A stretch of DNA of 64,000 bases from Octopus sinensis. Taxonomy: Eukaryota. The DNA is taken from the NCBI RefSeq assembly GCF_006345805.1, contig NC_043012.1, forward strand, positions 35,712,001 through 35,776,000, written 5' to 3'. This document shows positions 36,651 through 50,569 of this stretch, one piece after another. Each line of letters opens with the position of its first letter. Positions within the stretch are counted from its first letter, which is position 1. The notes under the pieces were generated by a model. It saw only the letters and a list, made by a program, of their open reading frames with translations, did no database searches and was not told the DNA's origin. Both the position numbers and the translations under genes were made by a program.

Positions 36651-37299
36651 CCACCATCACAACCAACTCCAAATAATCTCTTAATTGCTCAAACAGAAAT
36701 AAGGAACCTCGCAAACATCAGGTACAATTACAAATCAGAAAATGTCATCCACACTAAAACGCCACAACCAAATTAATAATTCGGTTAAATATGAAAAACA
36801 AAGAAAACACTCAACGAAAAACAAGCGAATAATTTGTATTCAGCATAAAGAAAAAAAAACAACAACAATAAAAACCAGCCATGAAACCGTTTGATATAAT
36901 TAGTAAGGTTTAGGATCGTAATAATGGTGACGCCACATCACGTGTCATAGGAAGCATTTCATGTGTAAGACCTTAATCCAGATTTCAGCACGAAGCTGAA
37001 GACTCCACTTATTAAATGCGTTCATGAAATCATTCACCCAAAACCACCACCGCCACCACAACAACAAGAATAATAGAAAGAAGACAAAAATGGAAAGAAA
37101 AGAAAATGAAAGAAAAAGACACGTAAAACATAACGTGGCGAAGAAGGAGTCTCTATTGTCAGAGGTCCCTAATTTTTTCCCCCTAAGTTTTATCCCTATT
37201 TAAAGTCTGACAGGTTGAAATTATCCCAACACAAAATTGTGTGTTATGCAAAGCACAAGTGCACAAAATGGAGAACTATTTGTCATTTGCTGCAGAGCT

Positions 37300-37650
37300 G
37301 TTGTTAAAGCATCCAACCGTCACTGGCCGGGGTGAAGATTAGGGTTTGATGAGAGGTACGAGGCTCTGTAACAGGTGTAACATTTTTATATACCTTATTG
37401 TAATGACGGGCAGGCATTGACGAGACGCTGTCGGTGGTCCTCACTCTTAGACCCAGCGGAACACCGAAGATATGACAACTGGAAAGAGAGATACGGACGC
37501 ACAAGCACCAAGGCGGGTATTCACTATTCAGCCGTGTAGACGGAAGCAACGTGAAAGGAAGTGAATTGCTCAAGGATGCAACGTGCCGCCCGGTTCAGGA
37601 ACTGAACCCACGAGTTTATGATCACGAGCCGAACACGCCACCCACTTGAC
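37300..37650 (-). mobile_element. Degenerate tRNA/CORE-like SINE with a distinct tail
   Basis: Minus strand GTGTTCGGCTCGTGATC..GGGTTCAGTTCC..CCTTGAGCAATTCAC..TTGCTTCCGTCTAC resembles the head/CORE of 40830-41018. Confidence 0.55.
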
Positions 37651-37741
37651 CCCTTCAACCGAATACGCTACCCACTAGAACCCCTTCAACTGCCACCCAC
37701 TAACCCCTTCAGTGCTTGTTATGGATTTAGTATTAATGAAT

Positions 37742-37782
37742 TTAGTCTGAAGACCGTTAAAAGGACGGCGAAATGTAAAGAG
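37742..37782 (+). ncRNA. Degenerate minimal hammerhead-like motif
   Basis: CTGAAGA-CCGT taaaagg ACGG-C-GAAA-TG-TA; stem I poorly paired. Confidence 0.4.
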
Positions 37783-37833
37783 AATGTGTTCAGTTTAAAG
37801 CTTCTACTTTCTGTGGCACACTTATACTAAGGC

Positions 37834-38217
37834 GGAGGCGCAATGGCCCAGTGGTTAGGGCAGCGGACTCGCGGTCATAGGATCGCGGTTTCGATTCCCA
37901 GACCGGGCGTTGTGAGTGTTTATTGAGCGAAAACATCTAAAAGCTCCACGAGGCTCCGGCAGGGGATGGTGGTGATCCCTGCTGTACTCTTTCACCACAA
38001 CTTTCTCTCACTCTTACTTCCTGTTTCTGTTGTACCTGTATTTCAAAGGGCCGGCCTTGTCACTCTTTGTGTCACGCTGAATATCCCCGAGAACTACGTT
38101 AAGGGTGCACGTGTCTGTGGAGTGCTCAGCCACTTACAGGTTAATTTCACGAGCAAGCTGTTCCGTTGATTCGGATCAACCGGAACCCTCATCGTCGTAA
38201 CCGACGGAGTGCTTCCC
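37834..38217 (+). mobile_element. Full-length family B SINE
   Basis: TSD TATACTAAGGC (37823-33) / TATCCTAAGGC (38218-28). Confidence 0.9.
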
Positions 38218-38689
38218 TATCCTAAGGCACCAAGGAATAGCGGGCATGAATGTTGGTTAAATGTAGTGACTGAGCAAGTGGAGATAAGTTCAATCTCTGG
38301 GAAGTAAAACAACGTATTCTCAGCGGCAGGACAAGTAGGAGAGTATGAGCACGAAATGAGGATAATGTGCTTGAATGAAGAGTTCAGTTCAGAAGTTTTT
38401 TGAACGCTCCGGAATATGGCAGGCATCTGGCGCAGGCAAGAAGGATACAACGATATAAATGTTGTGACAACAAAGATGAGGACATTGTTTCGAATATATT
38501 AGAAGCTCTACGTTCTGAGTACAAATTCCGACGAGGTCGACTTTGCCTTTCATCCTTTCAGGGTCGATAAGTTAAGTACCAGTTGCGTCCTGGGGTCGAT
38601 CTAATCGACTGGCCCCTCCCCCAAAATTTAGGGCCTTGAGCCTAGAGTAGAAAAGAATATATTAGCAGCTCCTCCACACACAAAAAAGG

Positions 38690-39620
38690 AAATTCCATCG
38701 ACATTGTCAAATGTGCTTCGGCTCACAGAATCATTTCTCGACTTTGGAAATTCGTCTTTTGCAAATGACAGAGACAATGGTAACTTTGTCCATGTGAAGT
38801 TCCAACTGAAATACGAACCAATATCCTCCACCTTCCCATTTCGATTGCCGAGCAACGGACTTCGCTACTTTTAATAAACTGATCAAATTTGATAAATATA
38901 ACAACCATTGGGTTGTCTGGAGTTTTTTTGTGATCAGGAAACGTCTTCTCTCCATCGTTGATCTTAGAATATTTTCTTTTTCTATTAGAGAACGTTTCAA
39001 CATATTTATCTCTCGAAAGATATTCCTTTATATTAAATCAGTTGATAAATTAGATCAGTTGAGTCCGGTTAAAAACATCAGTTGCTTCCTTGAGCTGAAT
39101 GGTTGAACTTTCTAGCAAATTCTTCAGTTCACCAACAATATGCAACTCAGCAGCTATTTCCTTTCCTTGACATGGAATGGTGTTGTCAGTGGCAGTAAAC
39201 TCTTGAGAGTTTCATTGTTTCTCTTTTAGTATACTTCTCGCAAGAATCTCAGCTCCGAACATAATAGCTGCTTTTCCTGCATTATCACACATTTTCTGCT
39301 ACGCCAACTGCAGAGCGCATTGGCTTTCGTAATAAATAAAATGTTCTATAGAATCCAACCGTTGATATTGGAGAGTACGTCTCAATTCTCGAAATTTCTT
39401 CACAGTTGTACCAGCAATCGCACTGTGAACTTTACAAAAGTGACCAAGAAGGCTTTTCGATTTCACATCATCATAAAACAAGAGCTTCCCACACGAAACG
39501 CACCCCTTTCTTTGTTTCAAGTCATTGAAGCCACACCTCAGATAATTTTTAACATTCTTCTGATCACGTGCGCTTCACTTCATTTCCTTAGAATCCGTTT
39601 TATTCTTGGATGGGTGGGAC
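38690..39620 (-). pseudogene. Heavily decayed hAT (Buster/Charlie-like) transposase
   Basis: Minus strand KNYLRCGF..GCVSCGKLL...KSKSLLGHFCKVH (BED-like N-terminus) and STIQLKEATDV (cf. FAIQLDETTDV); many stops. Confidence 0.55.
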
Positions 39621-40046
39621 TGAAGTATTTGATGATACCAACGAGACCTACTTACATAAAAAATTACATTGTTAAATAACATTGCTCATAAAAGTTCAAT
39701 GAGGCTTACATTACCTCATATCTTTTGCTTTTCCACTTCCGAAAATTCCCTGTCAGCGAGGTTTCGATAACGCTAATGAGATCACAGACCAACAGTCAAC
39801 CTTACACCGTCGTGATATCGATACTAACTGGATTCTAAATTAATCTCTCTCACCAAGCGCAGCTTGATACAAATACTTCAGTTTCATGTGTTGCTAAATT
39901 TATCAGGGTTGATGCAACCGAATCATGTGCAGCGTGACGTTCATACTTATCTCACGTTGCCACATATTCGCGAAACTCACGAATCCACAGCGTGAGAAAA
40001 AAAAAGAAATAAAGATAAATTAAGGCAGAGCTACCGATTTACCCAC

Positions 40047-40451
40047 ATTCTTTTCTACTCTAGGCACAAGGCTCGAAATTTTTGGGGAGAGGGCAAGTCA
40101 ATTAGATCGACCCCAGTACGTCGCTGGTTCTTAATTTATCGACTACGAAAGGCTGAAGTCGAAAGGTAAAGTCGACCTCGGCGGAATTTGAACTCAGAAC
40201 GTAACGGCAGACGAAATACCTATTTCTTTACTACTCACAAGGGGCTAAACACAGAGAGGACAAACAAGGACAGACAAACGGATTAAGTCGATTATATCGA
40301 GTCCAGTGCGTAACTGGTACTTAATTTATCGACCCCGAAAGGATGAAAGGCAAAGTCGACCTCGGCGGAATTTGAACTCAAAACGTAATGGCAGACGAAA
40401 TACCGCTAAGCATTTCGCCCGGCGTGCTAACGAATCTGCCAGCTCACCACC
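40047..40451 (-). mobile_element. Family D SINE with a duplicated Meta-like unit
   Basis: Head AGGTGGTGAGCTGGCAGATTCGTTAGCACGCCGGGCG on minus; two GAGTTCAAATTCCGCCGAGGTCGACTTT units. Confidence 0.9.
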
Positions 40452-40538
40452 TATCGACTTTGAAGTAGAAAGGTATACTGAAATGCAATACTTTTCCGAA
40501 TATTGGTAAATCGGGGATTATTATTATTACTAAAAGGA

Positions 40539-40813
40539 AGGCGGCGAGCTGGCAGAATCGTTAGCATGCCGGGCGAAATGCTTTGTGGTATTTCGTCCGC
40601 CGCTGCGTTCTGAGTTCAAATTCCGCCGAGGTCGACTTTGCCTTTCATCCTTTCGGGGTCGATTAAATAAGTACCAGTTACGCACTGGGGTCGATGTAAT
40701 CGACTTAATCCGTTTGTCTGTCCTTGTTTGTCCTCTCTGTGTTTAGCCCCTTGTGGGTAGTAAAGAAATAGGTATTTCGTCTGTCTTTACGTTCTGAGTT
40801 CAAATTCTGCTGA
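40539..40813 (+). mobile_element. Family D SINE, head-to-head with the previous copy
   Basis: AGGCGGCGAGCTGGCAGAATCG..GAGTTCAAATTCC..GCCTTTCATCCTTTCGGGGTCGAT..AAGTACCAG. Confidence 0.9.
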
Positions 40814-40829
40814 GATTCTGATACAGGGA

Positions 40830-41018
40830 GTCTGATACAGAGCGTGACAAGGCTGGCCCCTTTGAAATTCAGGTACAACTCATTTTTACCAGCTGAGTGG
40901 ACTGGAGCAAAGGGAAATAAAGTGCCTTGCTCAAGGCCCCAACACACCACCAGGAATCGAACTCAAGGCATCAGAATCGTGAGCCAAATACCCATACCAC
41001 TAAGCCGCGCGCCTTCAC
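40830..41018 (-). mobile_element. tRNA/CORE-type SINE sharing the family B tail start
   Basis: Minus strand GTGAAGGCGCGCGGCTTAGTGG..GTTCGATTCC..CCTTGAGCAAGGCACTTTA..GTTGTACCTGAATTTCAAAGGGGCCAGCCTTGTCAC. Confidence 0.75.
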
Positions 41019-41059
41019 TTGACAGAGTTATGACTATTCAAATGACGAACAAAGATTTA

Positions 41060-41500
41060 ACCGAAGCAACACTCACACCTCAGGAAACTAACCTTTCTTG
41101 TCTCCTCGCCATCCATGCCATCCTCGCCTCAACTCACAACATCGGTTCCAACCACTCTCCGCCCACATTTTATACAAACACTCTACGCAAAAGAATACAG
41201 AAAGAAACTACAAACCCACGCATATTACCATCGACCTCAGAAAGCTTTTGACCTCATTCTTGGTTACCTTCTCAACAAACGACACGCCTTTGGTGTGCAA
41301 ATTACTTTCTTGATCGTCAAACCCGTGTAATAGATATGCGATACAAGGGCGATACACATTATATTGTTCTGTCTTAACACACCTTCCCACACACTTATGC
41401 ATCTACGCACGTTTGTCACTGATTCACTTACCAAGATAGTACGGTTCGTTCAACTGTGAGCCATGTGATACTTATTATGGACTGGTATGTGATAGCACAG
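41060..41500 (+). pseudogene. Very degenerate non-LTR RT remnant
   Basis: SQHRFQP and QKAFDLI motifs in shifting frames. Confidence 0.4.
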
Positions 41501-43497
41501 GTCGGCAATTCTGCTTTGACCACAAAAGAGCTACCCCAACCACCACATACAACCCACTAGGCTCAGGAAATCAATCCCCCCCATATTTTCTATTATTTAT
41601 TTATCAGTGAATCACTTAACACGGTAGGTCTTTTTTGTTCTAATCAAAACACCCGTGATAAACGAGGATAGTTGTATATAGAAGAAATAGCGACGAACAT
41701 CCTGTCGTAAGTAAAGACATGGTTAGATAATGCATTCATAAAATATATCCCCGGAAGACGAGGGTGTCACGGCTGGAATGTTTTTGATGATTAGCCTGCT
41801 TGATGATTATTGACATAAGACTAAACAGTAATAATTCTTTCTAATTTCTGACACAAGGCCAGCAATCTTGAGGTGAGGTCGAAATCACTAACGTCGATTC
41901 CAGGGCTCAAACTCAAACGCAAACTTATCGACTTTTACCTTGAGCATATTTGTGTGTGTGTATGTGTGTGTTTGTTTGTGTGTGTATGTGTGTGCGTGTG
42001 TTTGTTTGTGTGTGTATGTGTGTGTGTTTGTTTGTGTGTGTATGTGTGTGTGTGTTTGCTTGTGTGTGTATGTGTGTGTGTGTGTTTGTTTGTGTGTGTA
42101 TGTGTGTGTGTGTTTGTTTGTGTGTGTGTGCGTGTGTGTTTGTATGTGTGTGTGTGCATGTGTGTGTGCCAAAGGAAGTTATTTTATGGCATTCTTTCGT
42201 TTGAAGCAGCAAATTTGTCAACTCGGTTACGTGGTCGATCATATGGGATCATATGATACTTCGTTTATTTCCGTAAAAATTTTTTTTATTTCTTTATGCT
42301 TTGAAGAGAGCAGAAATTGAAAGAAGAGAAAGTGAAAAGGCGACATTTACCTTGAAGTGAGAGCAGAAAGTGAAAGAGAGGAGAAAGTGAAAGATGTATG
42401 CACGTGTATATGAAATGGACATGTGTGTGTGGGTGTGTGCGTGTACGTGAGAGAGAGAGAGAGAGAGAGAGAAAGAAGGACAGACAGACAAACAGACAGA
42501 AAGACTGAGCGAGTGAAGGTGTGTTGTCATGTATGTATTTTTTGCATGTATGTGTAAGTGGCACTCTCTCTCTCTCTCCCGCACACACACACTCACACAC
42601 ACACATTATCTTTCATATGCACGTACATAAATACATATACATTCATATTTTTTTGCATGTATGTGTACGTGTGCTTCTGCATGTGTGTGAGAGAGGAGTG
42701 AGTGACTATTTCCTCATAACATATAGAGAAATGTATGTCTTTTAATGAAAGTTTTTTGGTCGTGGCTTATTTTAATACAACATTTATGTGTACATTCTCA
42801 TAAATGCTTTTCTGAGTAGAATTCTACGGATGCGTCAAACATCGGATGAAAGTGAAACATTAGAAGCAAATCGAAATATCACCCGAAAATAACCTCAAAA
42901 TGGTGCTACCCGACCAGGTTTCCGAGGTTTATTTTAGTAGTAAAAAGAGTTGTGCCAAAATACAGTTTATTTGGTAGCCTTTATATTCAATATATATATA
43001 GAGAAATGATAAGCTGCTTTCTTTATTATAGTACTATTATAGTGACTAATTCGGAGAAACATTACTGTCATTATTCACACATCGTTACTTTCATAATGCA
43101 ACACTTTGTAATTTTGGTTCAAATTGAAAGTGTGAAACTATTTCCATTCTAATGAAACCTTGTCGTTGTAGAGCAGTGTCTTTCAAATAACTATAGCTAG
43201 CTGTTGTGATAATGTAAAAAACATGTAAATCAAAATGAAGAATATTTGGTAGCCGAACGATTGCTGAATCTTTTGATGCCTCATACGTCAAAATCGATAA
43301 CTCAGCTTTCGAGTGCATACAGAACATATGCACAACACACACACACACTCTCTCTCTCTCTCTCTCTCTCACCCACACACACACACCACCACACACAGAC
43401 ACACAACTCTCTCTCTCTCTCTCTCTCTCTCGCTCTCTCTCTTTATATATATATATAATATATATATATATATTAAAAATATATATATATATATATA

Positions 43498-44801
43498 TAG
43501 GGTTGGCAACTATGTACCCACCCTTTTTTTAATTTTGGAATTTATTGCGTTTTTAAATTTTGGAATCTATCTTTTTCGAGAATTCTATTTTTGAATCATT
43601 TTGGAATCTATTTTGTTTTTGTTTTGTTTTTTTCATATTCTAGTTAATTTTAGCTAATTTTGTTTATTTTCAGATCATTAAAATGGAATGTCAAGTTAAG
43701 AAAACGAGCATTTTCGACACCTCCTTCTTTTTGCTTTTAAGCAAGGTTCTAAGGCCGCAAAAGCTGACGTATGTGCTGTGTATGGAGAAGGTGCCATAGC
43801 TGAAAGAACCGCTCGTGATTGATATGCCAAGTTCAAAAATGGAAATTTTGACCTCAAAGACGCACCTCGTTCTGGCAGTCCAGTTGAGTTCGATGAATAG
43901 CGATTAAACCAATTTTTGCACGAAAATTCTCGTCAAACGACAAGGGAACTGGGTGAGAAAATAGAATGCTCCCACACTCTTATAGAGAAGCATCTTCACT
44001 CGATGGGAAAGGTTCAGAAGTATAGAGCTTGGGTTCCGCATGCTTTAAGTGACAAAAACAAAAATCAACGAGCCACAATCTCCGCTGGTTTGCTTGCTCA
44101 TCACCGCTCAACTCATGGACACAACCAACGATTTCTTTACCGAATCGTTTCTGGCGACGAAAAATGGTGCCTGTACATCAATATGAAGCAGCGTAAGGAA
44201 TGGCTTAACCGCGGTAAACAAGCGACAACGCGCGTGAAACAAGATCTTCATTCCGCGAAAAACGATGTTGTGCGTATGGTGGGACTAGGAAGGGATTATC
44301 CATTACGAATTGCTTGAACGGAACCAAACGGTCAACGCGGAACTCTATGTTCAACAGATGGAGCGACTCAACGCGGCTATTCAAGAGAAAAGACCTAATC
44401 GTCAGCATGGAGATTTTCTGCTGCACGACAACGCCCGCGCTCATATCGCCAATATGACCAAGGAAGCCATTTAAACGCATGGCTGGGAAGTGCTTCCACA
44501 CCCGCCGTACTCTCCTGATTTGGCACCAACGGATTTCCACCTTTTTCGATCTCTTTCAAATGACATGCGCGGAGTTTCGTTCAATACTGATGCAGAATTG
44601 AGAGCTTGGTTGGATCAATTTTTCGAGTCGAATTCGGGTGATTTCTACCAACGAGGTATTGAAAATCTTGTAGAACGTTGGGAAGAAGTTGTACACAACA
44701 AGAGTGAATACATTATTGATCAATTAGTTGTTATTTTTTTTATTAAACCTTTTAGAAAATTTAAATTTAAAAAAACGGCTGGAACTTACTTGCCAACCTA
44801 A
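43498..44801 (+). mobile_element. Full-length mariner (DD34D), inactive, inserted in (TA)n
   Basis: TIRs TAGGGTTGGCAACTATGT and revcomp TTAGGTTGGCAAGTAAGT; ~1.3 kb. Confidence 0.95.
43683..44722 (+). pseudogene. Mariner transposase pseudogene
   Basis: ATG 43683; WVPHAL, SGDEKW, HDNARAH, HPPYSPDLAPTDFHLF; several stops and frameshifts. Confidence 0.92.
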
Positions 44802-44872
44802 TATATATATATTTCTGCTGAATTTTTTGCCACCCTATATTGATTAATTATATATATATATTATTATATATA

Positions 44873-44916
<44 letters not shown>

Positions 44917-45016
44917 TATATATATATAATATATTTATGTACATACATACATACTACATACATATATATATATACATATATTTATATTATATATATATAC
45001 ACATACATACATATAT

Positions 45017-45094
<78 letters not shown>

Positions 45095-45945
45095 TTATAT
45101 TTATATATATATCAAAGACGAAATAAAAACAAAAAAATGGAAAATTTGGCAAAAACATAACAGAAAATTCGTAGCTAATTCCTCATCAGTCAACATCCAA
45201 GAGATCATACCAGTTTCGTGCCACATATATATGGTGATTGTGGTGGTGATGGTGGTGGTGGTAGTGGACGTCATGGTGGTGTGATAGTGGCGATAGTAAT
45301 GGTGTTCGAAGTGATGGTAGTGGTGGTGGTGGTGGTGGTGGTGGTGGTGGTGATGGGAGTTGCCCTAATGTGGCGGGTTTCAGCCGGACCTTCAACCAAC
45401 AAGGAAACTGTGCCCCCCTACGCAAGCTGTTAGAAATCGCAGCCAAATCTCCCTCGAAAGATACGATTGCAAGAAGAACAATACATTAGATAAATTTGTC
45501 CTAGATTTCCTGCATATTGAAAAATGAAGTCGAGACGGTCACGGTTGGATTGCATTTCTTTATAGGTTTGCTCTGTTAGGATTGACTCTTCTATGTAATT
45601 GGAATTTACAAAAAACAAAAGATGAAGACAGGTGTGTAAACAACAAACAGGTGTATGAGTTCAACGCTCGGGAAGTTGACCTGCTAGACGTAGCAGCTAA
45701 GCCACGCCATTCAAATCACATCTTGCTGTCTTAACGAATGGAAGAACTCAGTGGAATATGTACTCCTAGATACACAATGACTGAAATGAAAGAAGTGATG
45801 TGTGGAGTGTGTTTGACGATAGATTTGCTCGACGCAAGGGCCGACACTTCCAGGCTAAAAACACAGACAATAACCCGGCCGAGCAACGTCGGAATGTCTG
45901 GCTGGGGAGAAAGGCAGGCGGGGAGGGGGAGTTCACCCGGTGCCC

Positions 45946-45982
<37 letters not shown>

Positions 45983-46284
45983 GTGACGACGGCGATGACG
46001 ACGTCGAGCTGGCGTTACACAACGACGACACCCACCGCCGCAATAAAGCAAGTAATACACCACCCCTTTACTATGCATCCACCCACTTTGTTCTAATACC
46101 ACCCCTACCAATACCATCGCCTCCATCGCCTTCACCACCACCACCACCAACACCAACAACAACAACAACAACAATACACGAAACCTGTTTCCAATCAACA
46201 CTCCCATTATTATTTTTTTTTTAGGAAAAGAAAAATATTCCGAATATGTCACATGACGAACTTTATTATTTGTTTGGTGGGTAG

Positions 46285-46307
46285 TACCGGGTGTAGTAGT
46301 AGTAGCT

Positions 46308-46346
<39 letters not shown>

Positions 46347-46692
46347 AGGTGGTGGTTGTGGTGGTCATAGTAGTTGTGGTGATAGTAGTAGTGATAGTGG
46401 TGGTGGTTGTAGTGATGGTGGTGGTGGTTGTAGTGATAGTGGTAGTAGTTGTAGTAGTAGTAGTAGTAGTAGTAGTAGTAAGGTGGTGGTTGTGGTGGTG
46501 GTAGTAGTTGTGGTGGTAGTAGTAGTGATGGTGGTGGCGGTTGTAGTGATGGTGGTAGTGGTTGTTGTAGTAGTAGTAGTAGTAGTGTAGTAGTAGTAGT
46601 GATGATGGTGGTGGTGGCGACGGTGGTGGTGGCGGTGGTGGCGGCGACGGTGGTGGTTGCGGTGGTGGTGCGGCGGCGGCGGCGGCGGCGGC
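46285..46692. repeat. (GTA/GTG/GCG)n trinucleotide array
   Basis: Directly visible. Confidence 0.95.
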
Positions 46693-46860
46693 TGTGAGTC
46701 GTATGTAATAATTTGAGGTAATGGCGGCAATATTTCGCCGAGAAGACGTCGCGCTATGAAAGCCATTATTTACGGCTCCACTTAAATGAAATCGCAGTTA
46801 CAAAGTCGGCTGTCGTGTGCCTGGCAGAATAAAGATAGGAAACTCGGAGTACAAATCTGT
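46690..46860 (+). promoter_or_regulatory. CpG-rich unique tract with a YY1-like motif; possible promoter
   Basis: GTAATGGCGGC at 46718-46728, dense CpG; lies at the start of the CpG-depleted right-hand domain. Confidence 0.3.
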
Positions 46861-47110
46861 AGATTATTTAATGAGCAGAAGAGTCTAGGATAAGTGGCAT
46901 CGCAAGTTTTATACACGCACGCAACCACATGCACATATACGTACGCATATATATATGCATGTGAATATATGCATGTGTGTATATGCATGTGTGTATATGC
47001 ATGTGTATGTATGTGAATATGTATTTATCCATATATGCAATTATGTATGTTATATATGTATATATATGTATATATATGTATATATAAATGTATATATATA
47101 TATATATATA

Positions 47111-47164
<54 letters not shown>

Positions 47165-47265
47165 ATTTTATATATATATATATTTATATATATACATATA
47201 TCATCATATATATACATATATATCATATATATGTGGTGTGTGTGTTGTGTGTATCATCATATATA

Positions 47266-47310
<45 letters not shown>

Positions 47311-47450
47311 TATATATTATATTATATGTCTATGCATACGTGCATCTGTGTGTGTGTGTGCGTGCGCATGTCTGTGTATTAACAGGTTAGAGGGAAAGTA
47401 TAATTTGTATGCGATTGATGCACGTGACCAATAAACACGAAGAGCACGCA

Positions 47451-47590
47451 GGAAAAGAAATTTCTGAGATGCCCAAGTGGATCCCGAGGGAGAGTAGCTA
47501 TCTACTGTTACTTAGGAGACCTAATTAGCAGTGGAAGGGGCTGTTCTGAAAATATAGTTGCTAGGAAAGGAGAAAAGGTTCAGTTGGCTA
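47451..47590 (+). pseudogene. Old RTE RT fragment
   Basis: Translates ..YCYLGDLISSGRGCSENIVAR, homologous to FRYLGDQVSSGGGCVESVTAR of the RTE at ~14540. Confidence 0.75.
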
Positions 47591-47591
47591 T

Positions 47592-47691
47592 NNNNNNNNN
47601 NNNNNNNNNNNNNNNNNNNNNNNNNNNNNNNNNNNNNNNNNNNNNNNNNNNNNNNNNNNNNNNNNNNNNNNNNNNNNNNNNNNNNNNNNNN
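47592..47691. other. Assembly gap (100 N, unknown size)
   Basis: Run of exactly 100 N. Confidence 1.
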
Positions 47692-48041
47692 TTCATTAAC
47701 ACTTATTAATTGCCGCTTTGACATCTGCAGAAGCAGCTGCTGCTACTCCTGCTACTACAACTACCGTCACCCTCACTAATGTTACTACTACTACTACTAC
47801 CACTATCACCACCACCACCACTACCACCACCATCATCACCGCCGCCGCCACCACCACTTTACCTCTACCACCACCACCACCTTACCTCTACCACCACCAC
47901 CACCATCACTATAACACCACCATTATCACCACACCAACACTACTACTACCACCAACACCACCACCACCTTCACAACACCAACTTTACTACTACTACTACT
48001 TGTAGTAGTAGTATTCCTATACTTAGTGTTGTTACCTGCAG

Positions 48042-48123
48042 GGAGAGGCATTTGAAACTGCCACCTTCACGTTTGCAACATTTATATCAGCCGTGGGATA
48101 AGTCGGACATCGAATGGGAAGAG
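48042..48123 (+). CDS. Candidate internal coding exon (ERHLKLPPSRLQHLYQPWDKSDIEWEE), protein unknown
   Basis: Unique island between microsatellites; acceptor ttacctgcAG, donor GAG|GTTTAT, open frame. A minus-strand reading with donor CAG|GTAAC at 48035 is also open. Confidence 0.3.
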
Positions 48124-48312
48124 GTTTATACACACAACTAATATACTTATATTCACAGACACACACATATCTATATACACTGTGAATATACACACGTGTG
48201 TGTGTGTATGCGTACACACGTATAATCAGATGTACATTCATATATTTTTACATGTATGCATGTATATTTATGTATATATACATATGTGTGTGTGTACACT
48301 CATACATGCATA

Positions 48313-48352
<40 letters not shown>

Positions 48353-49217
48353 GCATATATATATATGTGTGTGTGTGTGTGTATGTAGGTATCCACCTAT
48401 CTACATATACACAAGCACATATATGATAGATATATAGTTATATTGATAAGAGCCATATTATTTATTTATGACAAAAAATTAACCAAGTATTAATAACACA
48501 CACACACCCATATATACACACATGACAACCATAAATATATATGCATGCACATGTATTATATACCCTTTGTGAGATATATATATATATATATGTATATTAA
48601 TATATATATATATATATATAAAATATTATTTGAGACCAAAACCACTATTTTGCAAAACAAACAAGGAAAGACTTAATCAATACATAACATATATATATAT
48701 TTATATGTATGTATATATGTACACATATGTATACATATATATGCTTGTGCATGTGTATATATAAATATTATTTATATATATATTATGTATACACGCACAC
48801 ACATACACACACATATATATGTATGTATATATGTATATTTATATATATGTTTGTGCATATATATGCACACACATCTTCACTGCTTTAACGTCCCCTTTTC
48901 CATGCTTGCATGGGTCAGATGGAATTTGTTGAGGCAGATTTTCTACGGTTGGATGCTCTTCCTGTCTCTGACCCTCACCTGCTTCTGAACAAGGTAATAT
49001 CTCCCCATGGCCAGATGTGTTCTTCCCAGAAGACTGGAAAAGGACAGCTTTGCTTGTATAATGATGGTTCTCATTTACAAACATCACATGATGTCTAGAC
49101 ACAGATAGACACAAACACGCACACATATATATGTACATATATATATATGTACATTTACATACACACATAGATATGTATATATATGTATACACACATGCGT
49201 GTGCACACACACACACA

Positions 49218-49635
49218 TTCTTTTATTCTTTTATATGTATCAGTCATTTGACTGCAGCCATGCTGGAGCACCACCTTGAAGGATGTTAGTGGAACAAATC
49301 GACCCAAGGACTTATTTTTTAAACCTAGTACTTATTATATTGGTTTCTTTTGTCGAACTGCTAAGTAACAGGGACAAAGACTCACTAACGTCAGATGTTG
49401 AGCGGTGATGGGGGGGGGGGGCATAAACATAGGCACAAAGACACACACACACATAGATATGTACATATACATACGATGGGCTTCTTTCAGTTTCCGTCTA
49501 TCCAATCCACTCACAAGGGTTTGGTTGGCATGAGGCTATAGTAGAAGACATTTGCCTAAGGTGCCATGCAGTGGGACTGAACCCAGAACCATGTGGTTGG
49601 GAAGCATATTCTTACCACATGGCCATGCCTGTGCA
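49218..49635 (-). mobile_element. Family C SINE, CpG-decayed
   Basis: Aligns to 18262-18661 with CG to TG/CA changes. Confidence 0.85.
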
Positions 49636-49678
49636 TATGTATAAATATATGGTGTGTGTGTGTGTGTAAATATATATG

Positions 49679-49709
<31 letters not shown>

Positions 49710-50569
49710 GCATGTGTGTGTTATAAATGATGGGCTTTCAGTTTCCATCTACCAAAGCCTTCACACAAGGTACCACACAGTAGAATTGAGCCCAAGAACA
49801 CAAGGTTACAAAGTGAAGTTGCTAATCAAAAAGCCACACTTGCACCTATACACATGTCATCAACACCAGCATTGTTTTAACGTCCACTTTTCCATTCTTA
49901 CATGGATCAAATTTATTGATGCAGCTTTTCTTTGGCTGGATGCTCTTCCTGCCACCAACCCTTGTTACCAAGCAACACAATATTTTCCCATGACCAGACA
50001 TGTTTTCAGTGAATGTTGGAAATGAACGTCAGTCATTTACAACAATCATGTGATAGCAAGACAAGGTGATGCAAAGGCACACATGCTCACACTCACACAC
50101 ACACATACATACATACATGGGGATATAGTAAATGACATTTGCCCATGGTGCCATGCAGTGGGACAGAACCTAGGACCATGAGGTTGAGAAGAAAGCGTTA
50201 GCCAAATGGTTAAGTAGCTACCTTCACAATCCCAATGACTAGGTTTGATTTTCCTTTCATTGTATCTTCAATAAATGTCATTTATTATAGCCTCAGATAA
50301 ACCCAAGGTTTCTGTGTATAATTAGGAATATGGAAACTGTGTGAAAGCCTATCAAATGGATTATATATGTAAGCTAAAGGTCTGGCTCTGTCACCGAGTC
50401 GAGCAGGTACTTTCCAGGGATTAGGTTGAGGATACATGTCTCTGGAATTCTTTAAGTAACTTGAAGATTTTGCCATTCATTGAATCAAACAACTGAATAT
50501 TGGTTGTGAAAATCAATAAATATTATATATAATAAGTATTATATATACAATTGTTATATATGATGAGTC

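Noticed and set aside
45175-45225. Possible type II hammerhead on the minus strand (GAAACTGGTA...CTGATGAG)
   Set aside because: Stems I and II do not pair; at most the 3' half of a truncated type I motif.
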